A DNA stretch of 63,825 bases, the filler included, from Myxococcota bacterium (GTDB lineage: Bacteria > Myxococcota > Myxococcia > Myxococcales > Myxococcaceae), in NCBI GenBank assembly GCA_049322255.1. It is 5 parts of 5 records of this genome, joined end to end, with 100 filler letters (N's around TTAATTAATTAA, not from the genome) between each part and the next. Parts side by side here need not be neighbours in the genome. Positions count along the whole stretch, not along the records: positions 26,792 to 39,422 come from JBMORE010000118.1; 4 more parts are not named here. One strand, 5' to 3'. Shown one piece after another: positions 26,924-36,807 of this stretch; the stretch's first letter is position 1; every line of letters starts with the position of its first letter. The notes beneath the pieces are model-generated. The model did not search any database and was not told the DNA's origin. It saw only the letters and a list, made by a program, of their open reading frames with translations. The position numbers and the translations under genes were made by a program.

Positions 26924-29278
26924 TTATCGAAAAGGCCCAGCGGGCACCAGCGGGCCCTGGAAGGCCGCTTCTTCGAAGTCGCAGCGCTCCACCCAGGTCG
27001 AGGCGGCGGCCTCGAAGCCGGCGCCAAAGTCGGGGAGCGCTCCCACCGAGGCACGCACGGCCGCGCAGTCGCCGGAGAGGTATTCGGCTTCGATTCGCAG
27101 CCGGTGTGCCTCTTTGCGAAGGCTGTCGGGCAGCGCTCCGGCGAGCGCTCCACGCAGGTAACCCAAGGCCAGCACCGGCGCTTCTGCTTGAAGCAGCCGC
27201 CGGCCGAGCAGGTAGTTGAGGTAAGGGTTTTTGCGGTCGCGCTCGAGCGCCTCGCGCAAAACGAGCAGCTTCACCTCGTCGCGGCCCTCCTCGAAGTAGG
27301 CCCACAGCGCCTTTCCTGTCTCGCCGTCATTCAGCCCCGCGAGCTTCACCCGCGCGGTGCGGTCAATCGCCGGGCTGGGCTGGTGTGTCTGCACTTTTTC
27401 GAGGTAGGCGCGGGCGTCGTCGAAGCGGCCGCGGCGGTAGGCGAGGTCGGCCTGGACCATCGCCACCTCGGCGGCAATCGCCGGAACACCCTCATGCTGG
27501 CGCGCGAGTGTCTCTAAGACTCTGTCCGCCTCCGTCTGTTTGCCCACCTGGACGAGCGCTCGGGCTCGTGCCAGTTGGTGCGAGGGCTCGTTTGGTTCGA
27601 GCACGGCGCAGCGCTGGTAGAGCGCGAGGGCACGCTCGGGTTCGCTGCGCAAGTCCTCCCGGGCTTTCTGCGAGAGCGTCGCCACTTCACGGGCGCAGGC
27701 GCGAGAAAAGAGGCTGCCTTGGCGAAAGCGCGCGAAGGCCAGGTTCACCTGCCTTTCGTCCAAGGGGAGGTGGTCGAGGAAGGCCTCCCACTCGGAGACC
27801 AGCGCCTCCACGCTTCTGCCGTAAGCCGCATGGAAGTCTCCGTGCGCGTAGAGCGCGCGCAGTTTCTCGGTGCCCTGGGTTTCGGCGAGATGGCGGAGGA
27901 ACGAGCCGGCGGCGGTATAGGCGCGGGGGGCGGCGGCCGCGTAGAACCCTTGGGGGGAAAGCAGGGCGCCGACGTCGGGCAAGAGCCGGTGCTTGCGCAT
28001 GCCGGCCGCCCATTCGTGCAGTGAGAGGTCGTCGTCCCTCGATTCCGCGGCCGTCGCCAGCCCCTCGATGATGCCCGCGTTGGGCAGCACCCCAAAACGC
28101 GCGGTCACCCGAAAAGGTCCGCTGCCGAATGGAGCCGCCATCACGTGTGCCAGCTCGTGGCGCAGCACCCGGTGGGGGAAGGGCGCGTCGTTGACGTGCA
28201 GCTCGAGCCGCCAAGGCTTGGCGAACTGCGTGTTGGCGGCGCCCACCAGCCGCTGTTTTTCTCGAGGACTGCGGTAGACGTAGACGCGAATGCGCTCGGG
28301 CGGCGCCCCCCCGAGAAAGGCCTTCAGCTGGGCGTGGTGGAACTCGAGGTCGCGCGCGAGCCGCTCGAGGTCCTCTTTGGGTTTTCCGCGCGGGTAGACG
28401 ATGAGGAAGTGGGCGGTCTCCTTCACTCCTCCCAGCTTCTCGGTGAGGAACGCAGGGGTGGTGCGAATGCCCAGCGAGGGCGCGCGCTCTTCGGTGGCCA
28501 AAACGCCCAGGCCCAGCGCAGCGAGCAGGGCGAAGGAGCCGAGGCGCAGGTGGGGACGGGTGATGCGCCCCTCTTTCATGTCGAGGAAGAAGGCGGAAAA
28601 GAGCGTGAAAAAGGCGGCCACCAGAAGCGTCTGCGCCCGAAACCAGGCGAGGGGGGCGGTCACCTCGAGCGCCTCGTCGTAGAGCGGGCCGGGCAGGTAG
28701 CCGCCGAAGTGGTTGAAGGCGTGCACCTGGGGACCCCACACGATGGGCCAGGCGGTGAGCGCCGCCGAGGCCGCCAGAAGCAGCGCATAGAAGAGGAGCG
28801 CCGACCACCCTCGGCGAGCGAGGAGGCCGCACAGCACCCCGCCCGCGGAGGCGATGAGCGCAGAGGGCAGGGGGAGCAGGGGGAAAAAACCGACGTGGGT
28901 GAAGGGGTCGCACTGGGTGGAGAAGAGCGCGTAGATGACCGAAGCAAAAAGGGGAGGCAGGAGCACCGCCACGTTGACCGTCAGCGCCGCCCCCGCTGCC
29001 ATCGCCGTCGAGCGCAAGGCGCTGTCGCTGCGCAGGGCGCCGTGCGGGCGCGGGTCTTTCCCCTGTATCAGCCGTCTTTCCTGGAAGGCCGCGGCGATGC
29101 CCACTCCCCCGCCGAGAAGGCCCACCCCGAGGGCCAGGGCCGCCGACAGCTCGTAGCCGGGCAGCCCGAAGAGGGGCAGAAAGACCAGGGCGGTTCCCCC
29201 CCCGGCCAAAAGGAGGGCCGCCCCCACCACGAACGGGCGGCGCAACAACCCGATGGCGCGAAGCAGGACTTGGCGCAT
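26924..29278 (-). CDS. multi-TM protein with gluzincin-like domain and C-terminal TPRs
   Basis: About 7 hydrophobic helices, HELAH...EGLA, TPR-like tail. Confidence 0.8.
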   Translation of the reverse strand: MRQVLLRAIGLLRRPFVVGAALLLAGGGTALVFLPLFGLPGYELSAALALGVGLLGGGVGIAAAFQERRLIQGKDPRPHGALRSDSALRSTAMAAGAALTVNVAVLLPPLFASVIYALFSTQCDPFTHVGFFPLLPLPSALIASAGGVLCGLLARRGWSALLFYALLLAASAALTAWPIVWGPQVHAFNHFGGYLPGPLYDEALEVTAPLAWFRAQTLLVAAFFTLFSAFFLDMKEGRITRPHLRLGSFALLAALGLGVLATEERAPSLGIRTTPAFLTEKLGGVKETAHFLIVYPRGKPKEDLERLARDLEFHHAQLKAFLGGAPPERIRVYVYRSPREKQRLVGAANTQFAKPWRLELHVNDAPFPHRVLRHELAHVMAAPFGSGPFRVTARFGVLPNAGIIEGLATAAESRDDDLSLHEWAAGMRKHRLLPDVGALLSPQGFYAAAAPRAYTAAGSFLRHLAETQGTEKLRALYAHGDFHAAYGRSVEALVSEWEAFLDHLPLDERQVNLAFARFRQGSLFSRACAREVATLSQKAREDLRSEPERALALYQRCAVLEPNEPSHQLARARALVQVGKQTEADRVLETLARQHEGVPAIAAEVAMVQADLAYRRGRFDDARAYLEKVQTHQPSPAIDRTARVKLAGLNDGETGKALWAYFEEGRDEVKLLVLREALERDRKNPYLNYLLGRRLLQAEAPVLALGYLRGALAGALPDSLRKEAHRLRIEAEYLSGDCAAVRASVGALPDFGAGFEAAASTWVERCDFEEAAFQGPLVPAGPFR

Positions 29279-29302
29279 GGCCTCTCCTATACTCCCTGGC
29301 GC

Positions 29303-29697
<395 letters not shown>

Positions 29698-29701
<4 letters not shown>

Positions 29702-30219
29702 GACGCGCGCTTCTCGCCGCGGTTGCCTTCGCCTTCACCGGCTGCCCCGAGTCCCGCGCCAAGCCCAAGGGAAATCCCCATCAGCTCGATGGCACCGCCG
29801 AAGACTTCATCGCTCCCGAGCTGCCCAGGGCCAGAGTGGTGCTCGAAGACGCCTACGGGGGAGCGCACCAGGTCGAAGTCGAGGTGGCCGCCGACCCACT
29901 CTCCCGCGCCCGCGGCCTGATGTGGCGACGCGAGCTGGCAGACGGGAAGGGGATGTTGTTCATCTTCGCCAAACAGACGGTGCAGTCGTTCTGGATGCGC
30001 AACACCCTCATCCCCCTGGACATGATCTTCATCAACGAGGACCAGAAGATCGTCGGGGTGGTGAGCCGGGCCGAACCGAAGACGCTCACCTCGCGCACGG
30101 TGGGCAAGCCCAGCCTGTACGTGCTCGAGGTGCCCGGGGGGTGGGCGGAAAAGATCGGCCTTCGGCCCGGTTCGACGGTGAAGATGGACGGCCTGTCGAT
30201 GGTGCAGGTCGTTCCTTGA
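29698..30219 (+). CDS. DUF192 family lipoprotein
   Basis: RARGLMWR, GMLFIF, FWMRNTLIPLDMIFI, VLEVPGG. Confidence 0.92.
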
Positions 30220-30259
30220 ATCGCGCGGGCGTCAGCGCTTCTTTTTTCCACGACGCCTC

Positions 30260-30675
30260 GAGGACGACCAGATCTTCCACAGTGGCCATGGGCACCTCCA
30301 CCTCCCCCAAGGGAGCCTCAGTACGAGCGCTCAACGTCTCTCTCTCGAACGCGGTCCACCCGAACGAGACGTCGAGATCCACTCCCGTGGGTCGATGACG
30401 AACGAGCAGTACGAGATTTTGCTCCGCGAAGGCGACGCGCCCTTGATTCGAGGCACGATGGAATGACCAGCCAGTATTCGCGCAAGTGACCGGATACCGA
30501 CCGAATCTCCCTGAACGACGGCATCGATGTCGGTCGTCATGCGGCGAACGCCGTGCGCGATGACGGCGATTCCACCGATGGTCATCCATGGCGCTCCGGA
30601 CTCGTTCAGGGCTCGACGAAGCGCCCCGAGCGCCCGCTCGAGTCTGCGCTCACCGCGACTGGAGTTTCCGCGCAC
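30260..30675 (-). pseudogene. nucleotidyltransferase (AbiEii/DUF6036-like), frameshifted and truncated
   Basis: IGGIAV..HG..RMTTDIDAV; frameshift near 30445; continues VDLDVSFG...ATVEDLVVL and then breaks off. Confidence 0.75.
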
Positions 30676-30907
30676 GACGTTCGATGCGCGCCCACCGGCG
30701 CCGTACCTGTTCGACCGCTTGTTCGCTGACCGGATCGCGCGGCGCCGGCCACAGCCCGCAGGCATCCAGAGCATTCAGGGCCGCGAGCGACTCGGCGATC
30801 GCTTGGTCGCTCTTCGGACCCTCCACGCGAAGCATCCCATCCTGCCGCCGCGCCGCAGCCCTCTGCCCGCGCCTCCATCTGAGAATGGCTGACCTCTCCG
30901 TTCGCAT
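30650..30907 (-). CDS. small hypothetical protein, putative partner of the nucleotidyltransferase
   Basis: 85-aa ORF overlapping the NTase start. Confidence 0.55.
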   Translation of the reverse strand: MRTERSAILRWRRGQRAAARRQDGMLRVEGPKSDQAIAESLAALNALDACGLWPAPRDPVSEQAVEQVRRRWARIERRARKLQSR

Positions 30908-31003
30908 GAAAGAAGTATGGGGGCACAGGCTGCAAGCTGTCTTCCATGGTCGGGCGTTCGCCTCTCGATGCACGCGATGAGCGACGGGCCGAGCCCCCAA
31001 CCG

Positions 31004-32278
31004 TCAGTTGCGCACTCTCTCGCCCGCTGCCTGCATCGGCTCGGCGGCCTCGGGCTCGGCGACAACCGACGGCGGCGAAGCTTCAGCCCCCGAGGCGATG
31101 TGCTGGGCGAGCTTCACTGCCTCGGAGAGCTCGGCCTCCTCTTGCGCCAGCTCGGCCCCGGTGGCCACCGCGTCGGCCAGCTTCGCCTCTTCGCCCTGCC
31201 CGTCGGCGAGCGCCTTGAGCTTTCGCGACAGCGCCGACAGCTCGGCTGACTTCACCTGCACGTGCCCGCTGCGCAGGCTGATGAGCGCCACCCGCGCCCG
31301 CTCCAAGAGCGCCACCTCGGCGCGCAGCTTGGCCACGATGCGCTCGCGGCGCAGCTTCAGCTCGGCCAAGCGCTCGATTTCCTCGCGTAAGGACGAAGCG
31401 GCGATCTCCAGCTGCCGGCGCACCACCGAATCCTTCGAGGCGCCCGCGCTCTTGGAGAGCTCGACCACCTCTTTGGCCAGCTCCTTCTGAGCGGTCTCCT
31501 CCATCTGCGCCTCGACGCCTGTCCACTCCGAGGCGAGCCCCACCGCGTCCTTGGTCATCTTCGCCAGCGTGCGCGCCAGCTCCTCGCGGGCCGGCTCGCG
31601 GGGAAGCAGCGCCAGCGACAGGCCGCACTGCCGGTAGAGGGTGAGCGCGCGGGTGGCCAGCGTCTGGAAGTCGCCCGAGAGCTGGGGAATCAGCTCTTCG
31701 CAGCGCGCCTCCACCGGGTCGGGGCGTAAAGCCAGGTGTGCGGCGATGGACCCGATGGCAGCAAAGAGCGCGATCACCACCCCGCTCAACATCGAGACGA
31801 GCAGCGCGGGGGTGGAGAAGTCTTGCAGGCGCGCGGCGAGCACCTTGGCTACCTCGAAACCGGCCACCGAAAGGCCCGCGGTGCCCACCGCTCCCAGGGC
31901 GTAGTTGAGCCAGCCGGGGCGGGTGAGCCCGACCGAGCCCTCTTCTCCGCGCTCGCACACGGTGGCTTTCACCATCAGCACACCCGCGCAGGCCGCCGAC
32001 AAGGCCACCGTCCACGCGTGGGAGAAGCCGAACGCCCACGGCGCCGCCGGCAAAATCGCCGAGAGGCCGGTAAGGAGAATGCGATCCATTCGGTCTCCCC
32101 GCACGCACGCCAGCGAGGTTCCCGCCAGCGCCAGGTAGGAGAGCGGCAGGCCCACGCCCAACCGCTGGGTGCCCAGGGCGATGGCGCCGGCCCCCGCGCC
32201 CACCAGCAGCGCGCGGGTCACGTTGCGTTCGAAAGCCTCGCGGTGGTGCAGCTGGAGGACGGCGTGGCTGGCGGACAT
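31004..32278 (-). CDS. membrane protein with C-terminal coiled coil
   Basis: About 6 TM segments followed by an E/L/A-rich helical tail; RBS AAGGAG. Confidence 0.8.
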   Translation of the reverse strand: MSASHAVLQLHHREAFERNVTRALLVGAGAGAIALGTQRLGVGLPLSYLALAGTSLACVRGDRMDRILLTGLSAILPAAPWAFGFSHAWTVALSAACAGVLMVKATVCERGEEGSVGLTRPGWLNYALGAVGTAGLSVAGFEVAKVLAARLQDFSTPALLVSMLSGVVIALFAAIGSIAAHLALRPDPVEARCEELIPQLSGDFQTLATRALTLYRQCGLSLALLPREPAREELARTLAKMTKDAVGLASEWTGVEAQMEETAQKELAKEVVELSKSAGASKDSVVRRQLEIAASSLREEIERLAELKLRRERIVAKLRAEVALLERARVALISLRSGHVQVKSAELSALSRKLKALADGQGEEAKLADAVATGAELAQEEAELSEAVKLAQHIASGAEASPPSVVAEPEAAEPMQAAGERVRN

Positions 32279-32304
32279 GGTCGCGCTCCTTCTTTCGTTG
32301 ACGG

Positions 32305-33702
32305 TCAGTACGTCGAGCCGATTCGGCCGAAGTTCTTGAGCGAGCGGCTCTTGGTGGCCTTGACCGACTGCTGCACGGCCTCGTCGCTGTCGGCCTTGTC
32401 GAACTCGCTGATGACCGCCTTTTGCTCCAGAAGGTCTTCGGCCACCGCGCCCTCGCCCGCGACGTGAGCCGCCGCACCAAAAATCGCCTCGTTGGCTCGC
32501 AGATACCCGGTGGCTGCTGCCCGGTCACCCCGCTTGAGAGCTTCGGCCGCTTTGTGCATGTTGTTCGCGCTCTGCGCCCGCGCGGCGAACACGGTGGCGT
32601 CCTTGTCGCGGTGGGCGAGGATCTGCTCTTCCTTGTCGGCGACCATCGCCGACAGTCGCACCGACGACTCCACCGGCGCGCTCTTGAGCAGGTCGTCATA
32701 GGAGAGCTCGAGCGAAGTGACGTCGAAGGTCTGCCCCGCCTCGGGAGCATTCACCGTCAAGCGGGCGACCACCCGCTCCACCTGCCCGGCAGAGAAGTCG
32801 GACAGCGGTACCCGCACCGTGCGGCCCATCTGAGTGGTGCGGTAGCCCAGCACCTCTGAGAGCGCCACCCCTTGCGGCAGGTCGAAGGAGAGCACCACCG
32901 AGCGGGCGATGGTGGTGCCCGCCTGCTGCAAGTCTTTCTGGAAGAGGGTGGCCAATTGCGAAGCGTCTTGCAGGTAGCCGTAGGCGCCCGCCCCCAGCTC
33001 GGCGATGGCTTGCATCAAGTCTTCGTTGAAGTCGCTGCCCACGCCGATCGAGCTCACGCTGATGCCGCTCTGGCGGATTTCCCGGGCCAACGAGGTGAGC
33101 CCGGCCTGGTCGGTCACGCCTTCGGTCGGCTGGCCGTCGGAGATGAGGATGAGCCGGTTCACCTTGTACTCGGACATCGTGGCCATCAAATGGTCACGCC
33201 CGGCCGACAGCCCCGCGCCGATGTTGGTGCCCCCGTCGTCCCAGATGCCGTCGATGTAGCGCAGCATTCGCTCTTTGTTGGGGGGCGTCGCCGGCTGCGA
33301 AGGTAAGGACTTCACGTCGGAACCGTAGTGGATGATTGCCAGCCGGTCGGAGGGCCCAAGCTGCGACACCAGCTGTTTGGCCGCGTTCTTCGCCTGGGTC
33401 ATCTTGAAGCCGCTCATCGAGCCCGAACGGTCGATGACCAGCCCCAAGCTCACCGGCGAGCGCTCCGAGCCGGGCACGTCGACGCCCGTCAGGTCCACGG
33501 TGACGAAGACGTCGGACCGGCCGGTGCCCACGTATGGGTGAGACAGCCGACCCTGCATTTTGATCGACCCGTCCGCGGTGGTCGTGGGCCTGACCGGGTC
33601 GAGCGGAATGATGCCCGTGGAGGTGAGGCGGGGAAGACCGGCCACCAAGGCCAGGAGGGCGAGGCCCCCGGCGGTGGCGAGGAAGAGGGTGGTGCGGTTC
33701 AT
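32305..33702 (-). CDS. vWA-domain protein (YfbK-like), N-terminally anchored
   Basis: MIDAS DRSGSM, GGTNIGAGL, LILISDG; RBS GGAGG. Confidence 0.9.
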   Translation of the reverse strand: MNRTTLFLATAGGLALLALVAGLPRLTSTGIIPLDPVRPTTTADGSIKMQGRLSHPYVGTGRSDVFVTVDLTGVDVPGSERSPVSLGLVIDRSGSMSGFKMTQAKNAAKQLVSQLGPSDRLAIIHYGSDVKSLPSQPATPPNKERMLRYIDGIWDDGGTNIGAGLSAGRDHLMATMSEYKVNRLILISDGQPTEGVTDQAGLTSLAREIRQSGISVSSIGVGSDFNEDLMQAIAELGAGAYGYLQDASQLATLFQKDLQQAGTTIARSVVLSFDLPQGVALSEVLGYRTTQMGRTVRVPLSDFSAGQVERVVARLTVNAPEAGQTFDVTSLELSYDDLLKSAPVESSVRLSAMVADKEEQILAHRDKDATVFAARAQSANNMHKAAEALKRGDRAAATGYLRANEAIFGAAAHVAGEGAVAEDLLEQKAVISEFDKADSDEAVQQSVKATKSRSLKNFGRIGSTY

Positions 33703-33729
33703 GCGAAATCCTCCGGGAGATGGCGTACC

Positions 33730-33756
33730 GACAGCAGCGGCGGGTGGAAAGGTTCA
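33730..33756 (-). promoter_or_regulatory. candidate ECF-sigma promoter for the vWA gene
   Basis: TGAACC-N17-TGTC on the minus strand, ~30 nt upstream of the start. Confidence 0.4.
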
Positions 33757-33829
33757 CGCACCAGGCCGCGAAAGGATCTACGCAACGCATGCGAGAGGAA
33801 CCGGAGAAGGTGGGCAGGTGTCGCACCCG

Positions 33830-34234
33830 TCAGCGGGCGGTGACGCAAAGGGCCGAAGAGCAAGGCGCTTCGGACTCGCAGGCTCCGGGCATGAGCACGG
33901 GGTTTTCGCCCAAGCTCTGGCAGGTCAGAGGACGCTCCGGATCGGCGCTCTGACACGAAGTGGGTTCGCAGGCCCGGCTGCAATAACCCCAGACGGGAGA
34001 ATCGGGGTCGGCGGGCGGCTGCGGATCGCGAACGCACAGGCCCCCGGTGCACTCCACAGTCCCAGAAACGACCAGCGCTCCGGCCGGCAGGTCTTTGCCC
34101 AGAATCGGCTGGACGCTCCCCGACGAATCTGTGCGCGTAAGCTGACACGGCAACCCCGCATCGTTGGACGCGGCGCACGACCAGGCGCCACCGACGACGA
34201 GACACGCCAATGCAGGGAGCATTCCGGGCTTCAC
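33830..34234 (-). CDS. CglC/GltK-like Cys-rich lipoprotein paralog
   Basis: Shares SG.VEC...CVRD and GYCSR.C and an 11-Cys pattern with the neighbouring cglC; start GTG 34234 or ATG 34222. Confidence 0.75.
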   Translation of the reverse strand: MKPGMLPALACLVVGGAWSCAASNDAGLPCQLTRTDSSGSVQPILGKDLPAGALVVSGTVECTGGLCVRDPQPPADPDSPVWGYCSRACEPTSCQSADPERPLTCQSLGENPVLMPGACESEAPCSSALCVTAR

Positions 34235-34594
34235 GCCCTCGTTGGTGAGGCGCAGCGCCCGCACCTTACGGGAATTCCCGCGGGCTTCCGGGCGCATCCG
34301 AGAACGTCGAGCCACAGTGGATTCGTCCGCATTCGATGCTCGGTTGCCACGGAAGCGACGCCCCCAACTCGCGCATTCGATTTCGAATGCGGCGCAATCC
34401 ATGTCGATTCCCGGGTATTGATCGATGGATTCCCGCACATCGAATGATCGAATACGCAGTAGTCGACCGTTGCTCGTTCCGGAACCGAATTGGAATACGG
34501 CGTAAGCGAATTCGCTTCTTTCCCAATCCATCGGATGGCGTGGTCGGTTGCGATGGCGTAGGCCGTCGTTTCTTTCTGCTCCTCGTCGGGGGCG

Positions 34595-35104
34595 CTACGG
34601 GGTGCCGCCGTCGGTGACTCCGCCCCGCGCGCAAAAGAACGGCGACGAGGTGTCTCCGAAGTACCGCTTGCAGGTGTTGGAGTCGGTCTGGCAGATGGCG
34701 GCGAGCGTCGTCTCGTCGAGAATGAGGGGGCGGCAATTCATCTTCGTCGCAGGGTCGTTGTTGAGGCTCTCGTCCGACTGGGTGCAGCCCAAGGTGCTCG
34801 TGGCGATGCAGGAGCGCGAGCAGTAACCAACGGCTGCCGTTTCATCGGTGGCGGTCGCGGGGCGCTGAAAGTTCAAGTCGCGAACGCACACCAAGTCCTC
34901 GCACTCCACGGCCCCGAAGGAGACGAAGTCCTTGTTCGCTGCAATTTCCCTCTCTTTGATGGGAATCGATCGCTTCCCGGTGGGGTCGCTGGGGTCCTTC
35001 TTGACCAGAATGCACTCCTTGCCGACGTCGGTGGCGATGGGGCAGCCCCAAAGCCCCAGCGACAGGAAGGCCGCGGCGCCTGCCGCCAGCTTGCGAACAG
35101 TCAT
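34595..35104 (-). CDS. cglC: gliding-motility lipoprotein CglC/GltK
   Basis: Lipobox LWGC, KDFVSFGAVECEDLVCVRD, GYCS; divergent from gltBAC as in M. xanthus. Confidence 0.85.
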   Translation of the reverse strand: MTVRKLAAGAAAFLSLGLWGCPIATDVGKECILVKKDPSDPTGKRSIPIKEREIAANKDFVSFGAVECEDLVCVRDLNFQRPATATDETAAVGYCSRSCIATSTLGCTQSDESLNNDPATKMNCRPLILDETTLAAICQTDSNTCKRYFGDTSSPFFCARGGVTDGGTP

Positions 35105-35195
35105 CGATGCATCTCCCAGGCGAACCCCCGTTGGGCGCGCTGACGGTAGCACACACCGCCTTTCGCACAACCAGCGGAGCACGACGTACCGAGTC

Positions 35196-35224
35196 TTGCT
35201 GGCCCCAACCCTGGGAAGTAGAGT
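35196..35224 (+). promoter_or_regulatory. sigma70-type promoter for gltBAC
   Basis: TTGCTG-N17-TAGAGT. Confidence 0.5.
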
Positions 35225-35282
35225 GGCGCCCCGTCGCCAAAGGGGCCCATCGTCGAGAATGGGCACAATCGGAGACCTCAAC

Positions 35283-36062
35283 TTGATCCGCACATGGGCA
35301 GTCACGCTGGCCCTCGTCGTTCCGGTGATGGCGCTGGCGCAAACCGAGTTCGAAGGGCTGGACCTGACCAAGCCCGCTGACCCCGCTCCCCCTCCTCCTC
35401 CGCCTGCGGTGGAGGAACGCAAGCCCGCCGCCCCGAAGGTGGAGGAGCCGGCGGTGGAGCGCGATATCACCCAGGACGACCGGGTGAAGAGCGTGCAGCG
35501 CAAGCTGTACTTGAAGCGGGGCCGCTTCGAGCTGGCGCCGTACGTCGGCACCTCGGTCAACGACCCGTACTACACCAAGTTCGGCGTGGCGGTGCGCGGC
35601 GCGTACTACCTGGCCGACACTCTGGCGCTCTCGGCGCGCTTCTCGCTCATGCAGGTGGTGCCCACCGACGACGTGCGCACCGCCAAACGCAACTTTCAAA
35701 GCCGCATCTTCTTCTCGGTGCCCATCTGGTCGGTGATGGCCGACGTGGAGTGGAGCGCCCTCTACGGGAAGGTGGCCGTTTTCAACTCCATTCTCCACTT
35801 CGACGGTTACGTGCTGGGCGGCGCCGGGGTGGTGAATACCGAGACCTCGGCCGATCGCGGGCTCAATGTCGGCGCCGACTTGGGTCTGGGCATGCGCTTC
35901 GTCGCCAAGGACTACATGGCGGTGAACGTCGCTCTCATCAACACCACCTACGTCGACCAGCCGGCGGGTACCACCAAGGGGGCCACCCAGAACGTGATGA
36001 TGCTCAACGCCGGGGTCTCGCTCTTCTTCCCCTTCAAGTCCACTTGGCGGGAGGCCGAGTGA
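35283..36062 (+). CDS. gltB: outer-membrane beta-barrel gliding protein GltB
   Basis: DRVKSVQRK.YLK.GRFEL, WS..YGK; position in the gltK-B-A-C cluster; TTG start after GGAG (alternative ATG 35259). Confidence 0.78.
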   Translation: MIRTWAVTLALVVPVMALAQTEFEGLDLTKPADPAPPPPPPAVEERKPAAPKVEEPAVERDITQDDRVKSVQRKLYLKRGRFELAPYVGTSVNDPYYTKFGVAVRGAYYLADTLALSARFSLMQVVPTDDVRTAKRNFQSRIFFSVPIWSVMADVEWSALYGKVAVFNSILHFDGYVLGGAGVVNTETSADRGLNVGADLGLGMRFVAKDYMAVNVALINTTYVDQPAGTTKGATQNVMMLNAGVSLFFPFKSTWREAE

Positions 36063-36805
36063 TGCGCGCGCGCCACCTTTTGTGGGTGTTGGTCCTCGCT
36101 TCGCCGCCGTCGGTGTGGGCGCAGTCCTCCGCGGACGAGGCGGGCGACGTCTCGGAGATAGACAAAGACTCCCTGGGGCCCTTGCGCGAGCGGGTGCGCC
36201 CCGTGTCGGGCCACCTCTTCCTCAAGAAGGGGCGCTTCGAGCTCAGCCCGGGCGCCACCGTCTCGGTGAAGGACGCGTTCTACACCAAGTACATCTTGGG
36301 GGCCTCGCTCACCTTCCACCCGTTCGAGACGTTCGGCATAGGAGCGCGCGTCGGCTACTCGATTCCGGTGGTTTCGGGAGCGGCGCAGATCTGCGAGAGC
36401 GGCGCCGGTGGAGGGGTTCGCGGCTGCCGGTTGCCCACCCCCGCCGAGCTCGACCGTCGGGCGCTGGGGCAAATCCAGCTCACCGGAGGTGTCGACGCCC
36501 AGTGGGCGCCCCTCTACGGGAAGATCGCCTTGGTCGCCGAACGTTTCTTGAGCTTCGACATGTACGGCATCGCGGGCGGCTCGGTGGTGCAGTACCGCGG
36601 CCCCAACGGCGACACCATGACCGTTGGAGGCGACCTCGGCCTGGGCATGCGCTTCTTCATCAACAAGTGGATGACGGTGCGCACCGAGCTGCGTGACCTC
36701 GTCTATGTGGAAGACGCCGAGGGCGGGGGCAGCTCCTTACGAAACCAGATCCTCGTCGACTTCGGCCTGTCGTTCTTCTTGCCCACCACCTTCAAGGAGG
36801 GCTGA
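36062..36805 (+). CDS. gltA: outer-membrane beta-barrel gliding protein GltA
   Basis: Paralog of the preceding gene (LFLKKGRFELSP, WAPLYGK, ELRD); cluster position. Confidence 0.78.
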   Translation: MRARHLLWVLVLASPPSVWAQSSADEAGDVSEIDKDSLGPLRERVRPVSGHLFLKKGRFELSPGATVSVKDAFYTKYILGASLTFHPFETFGIGARVGYSIPVVSGAAQICESGAGGGVRGCRLPTPAELDRRALGQIQLTGGVDAQWAPLYGKIALVAERFLSFDMYGIAGGSVVQYRGPNGDTMTVGGDLGLGMRFFINKWMTVRTELRDLVYVEDAEGGGSSLRNQILVDFGLSFFLPTTFKEG

Positions 36806-36807
36806 CC

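Noticed and set aside
32305..33702. vWA protein as the adhesin CglB
   Set aside because: No lipobox or Cys-rich regions; YfbK-like architecture
33830..34531. 233-aa ORF with a long N-terminal extension
   Set aside because: Homology to CglC and the signal peptide start only near 34234; the extension looks like non-coding read-through
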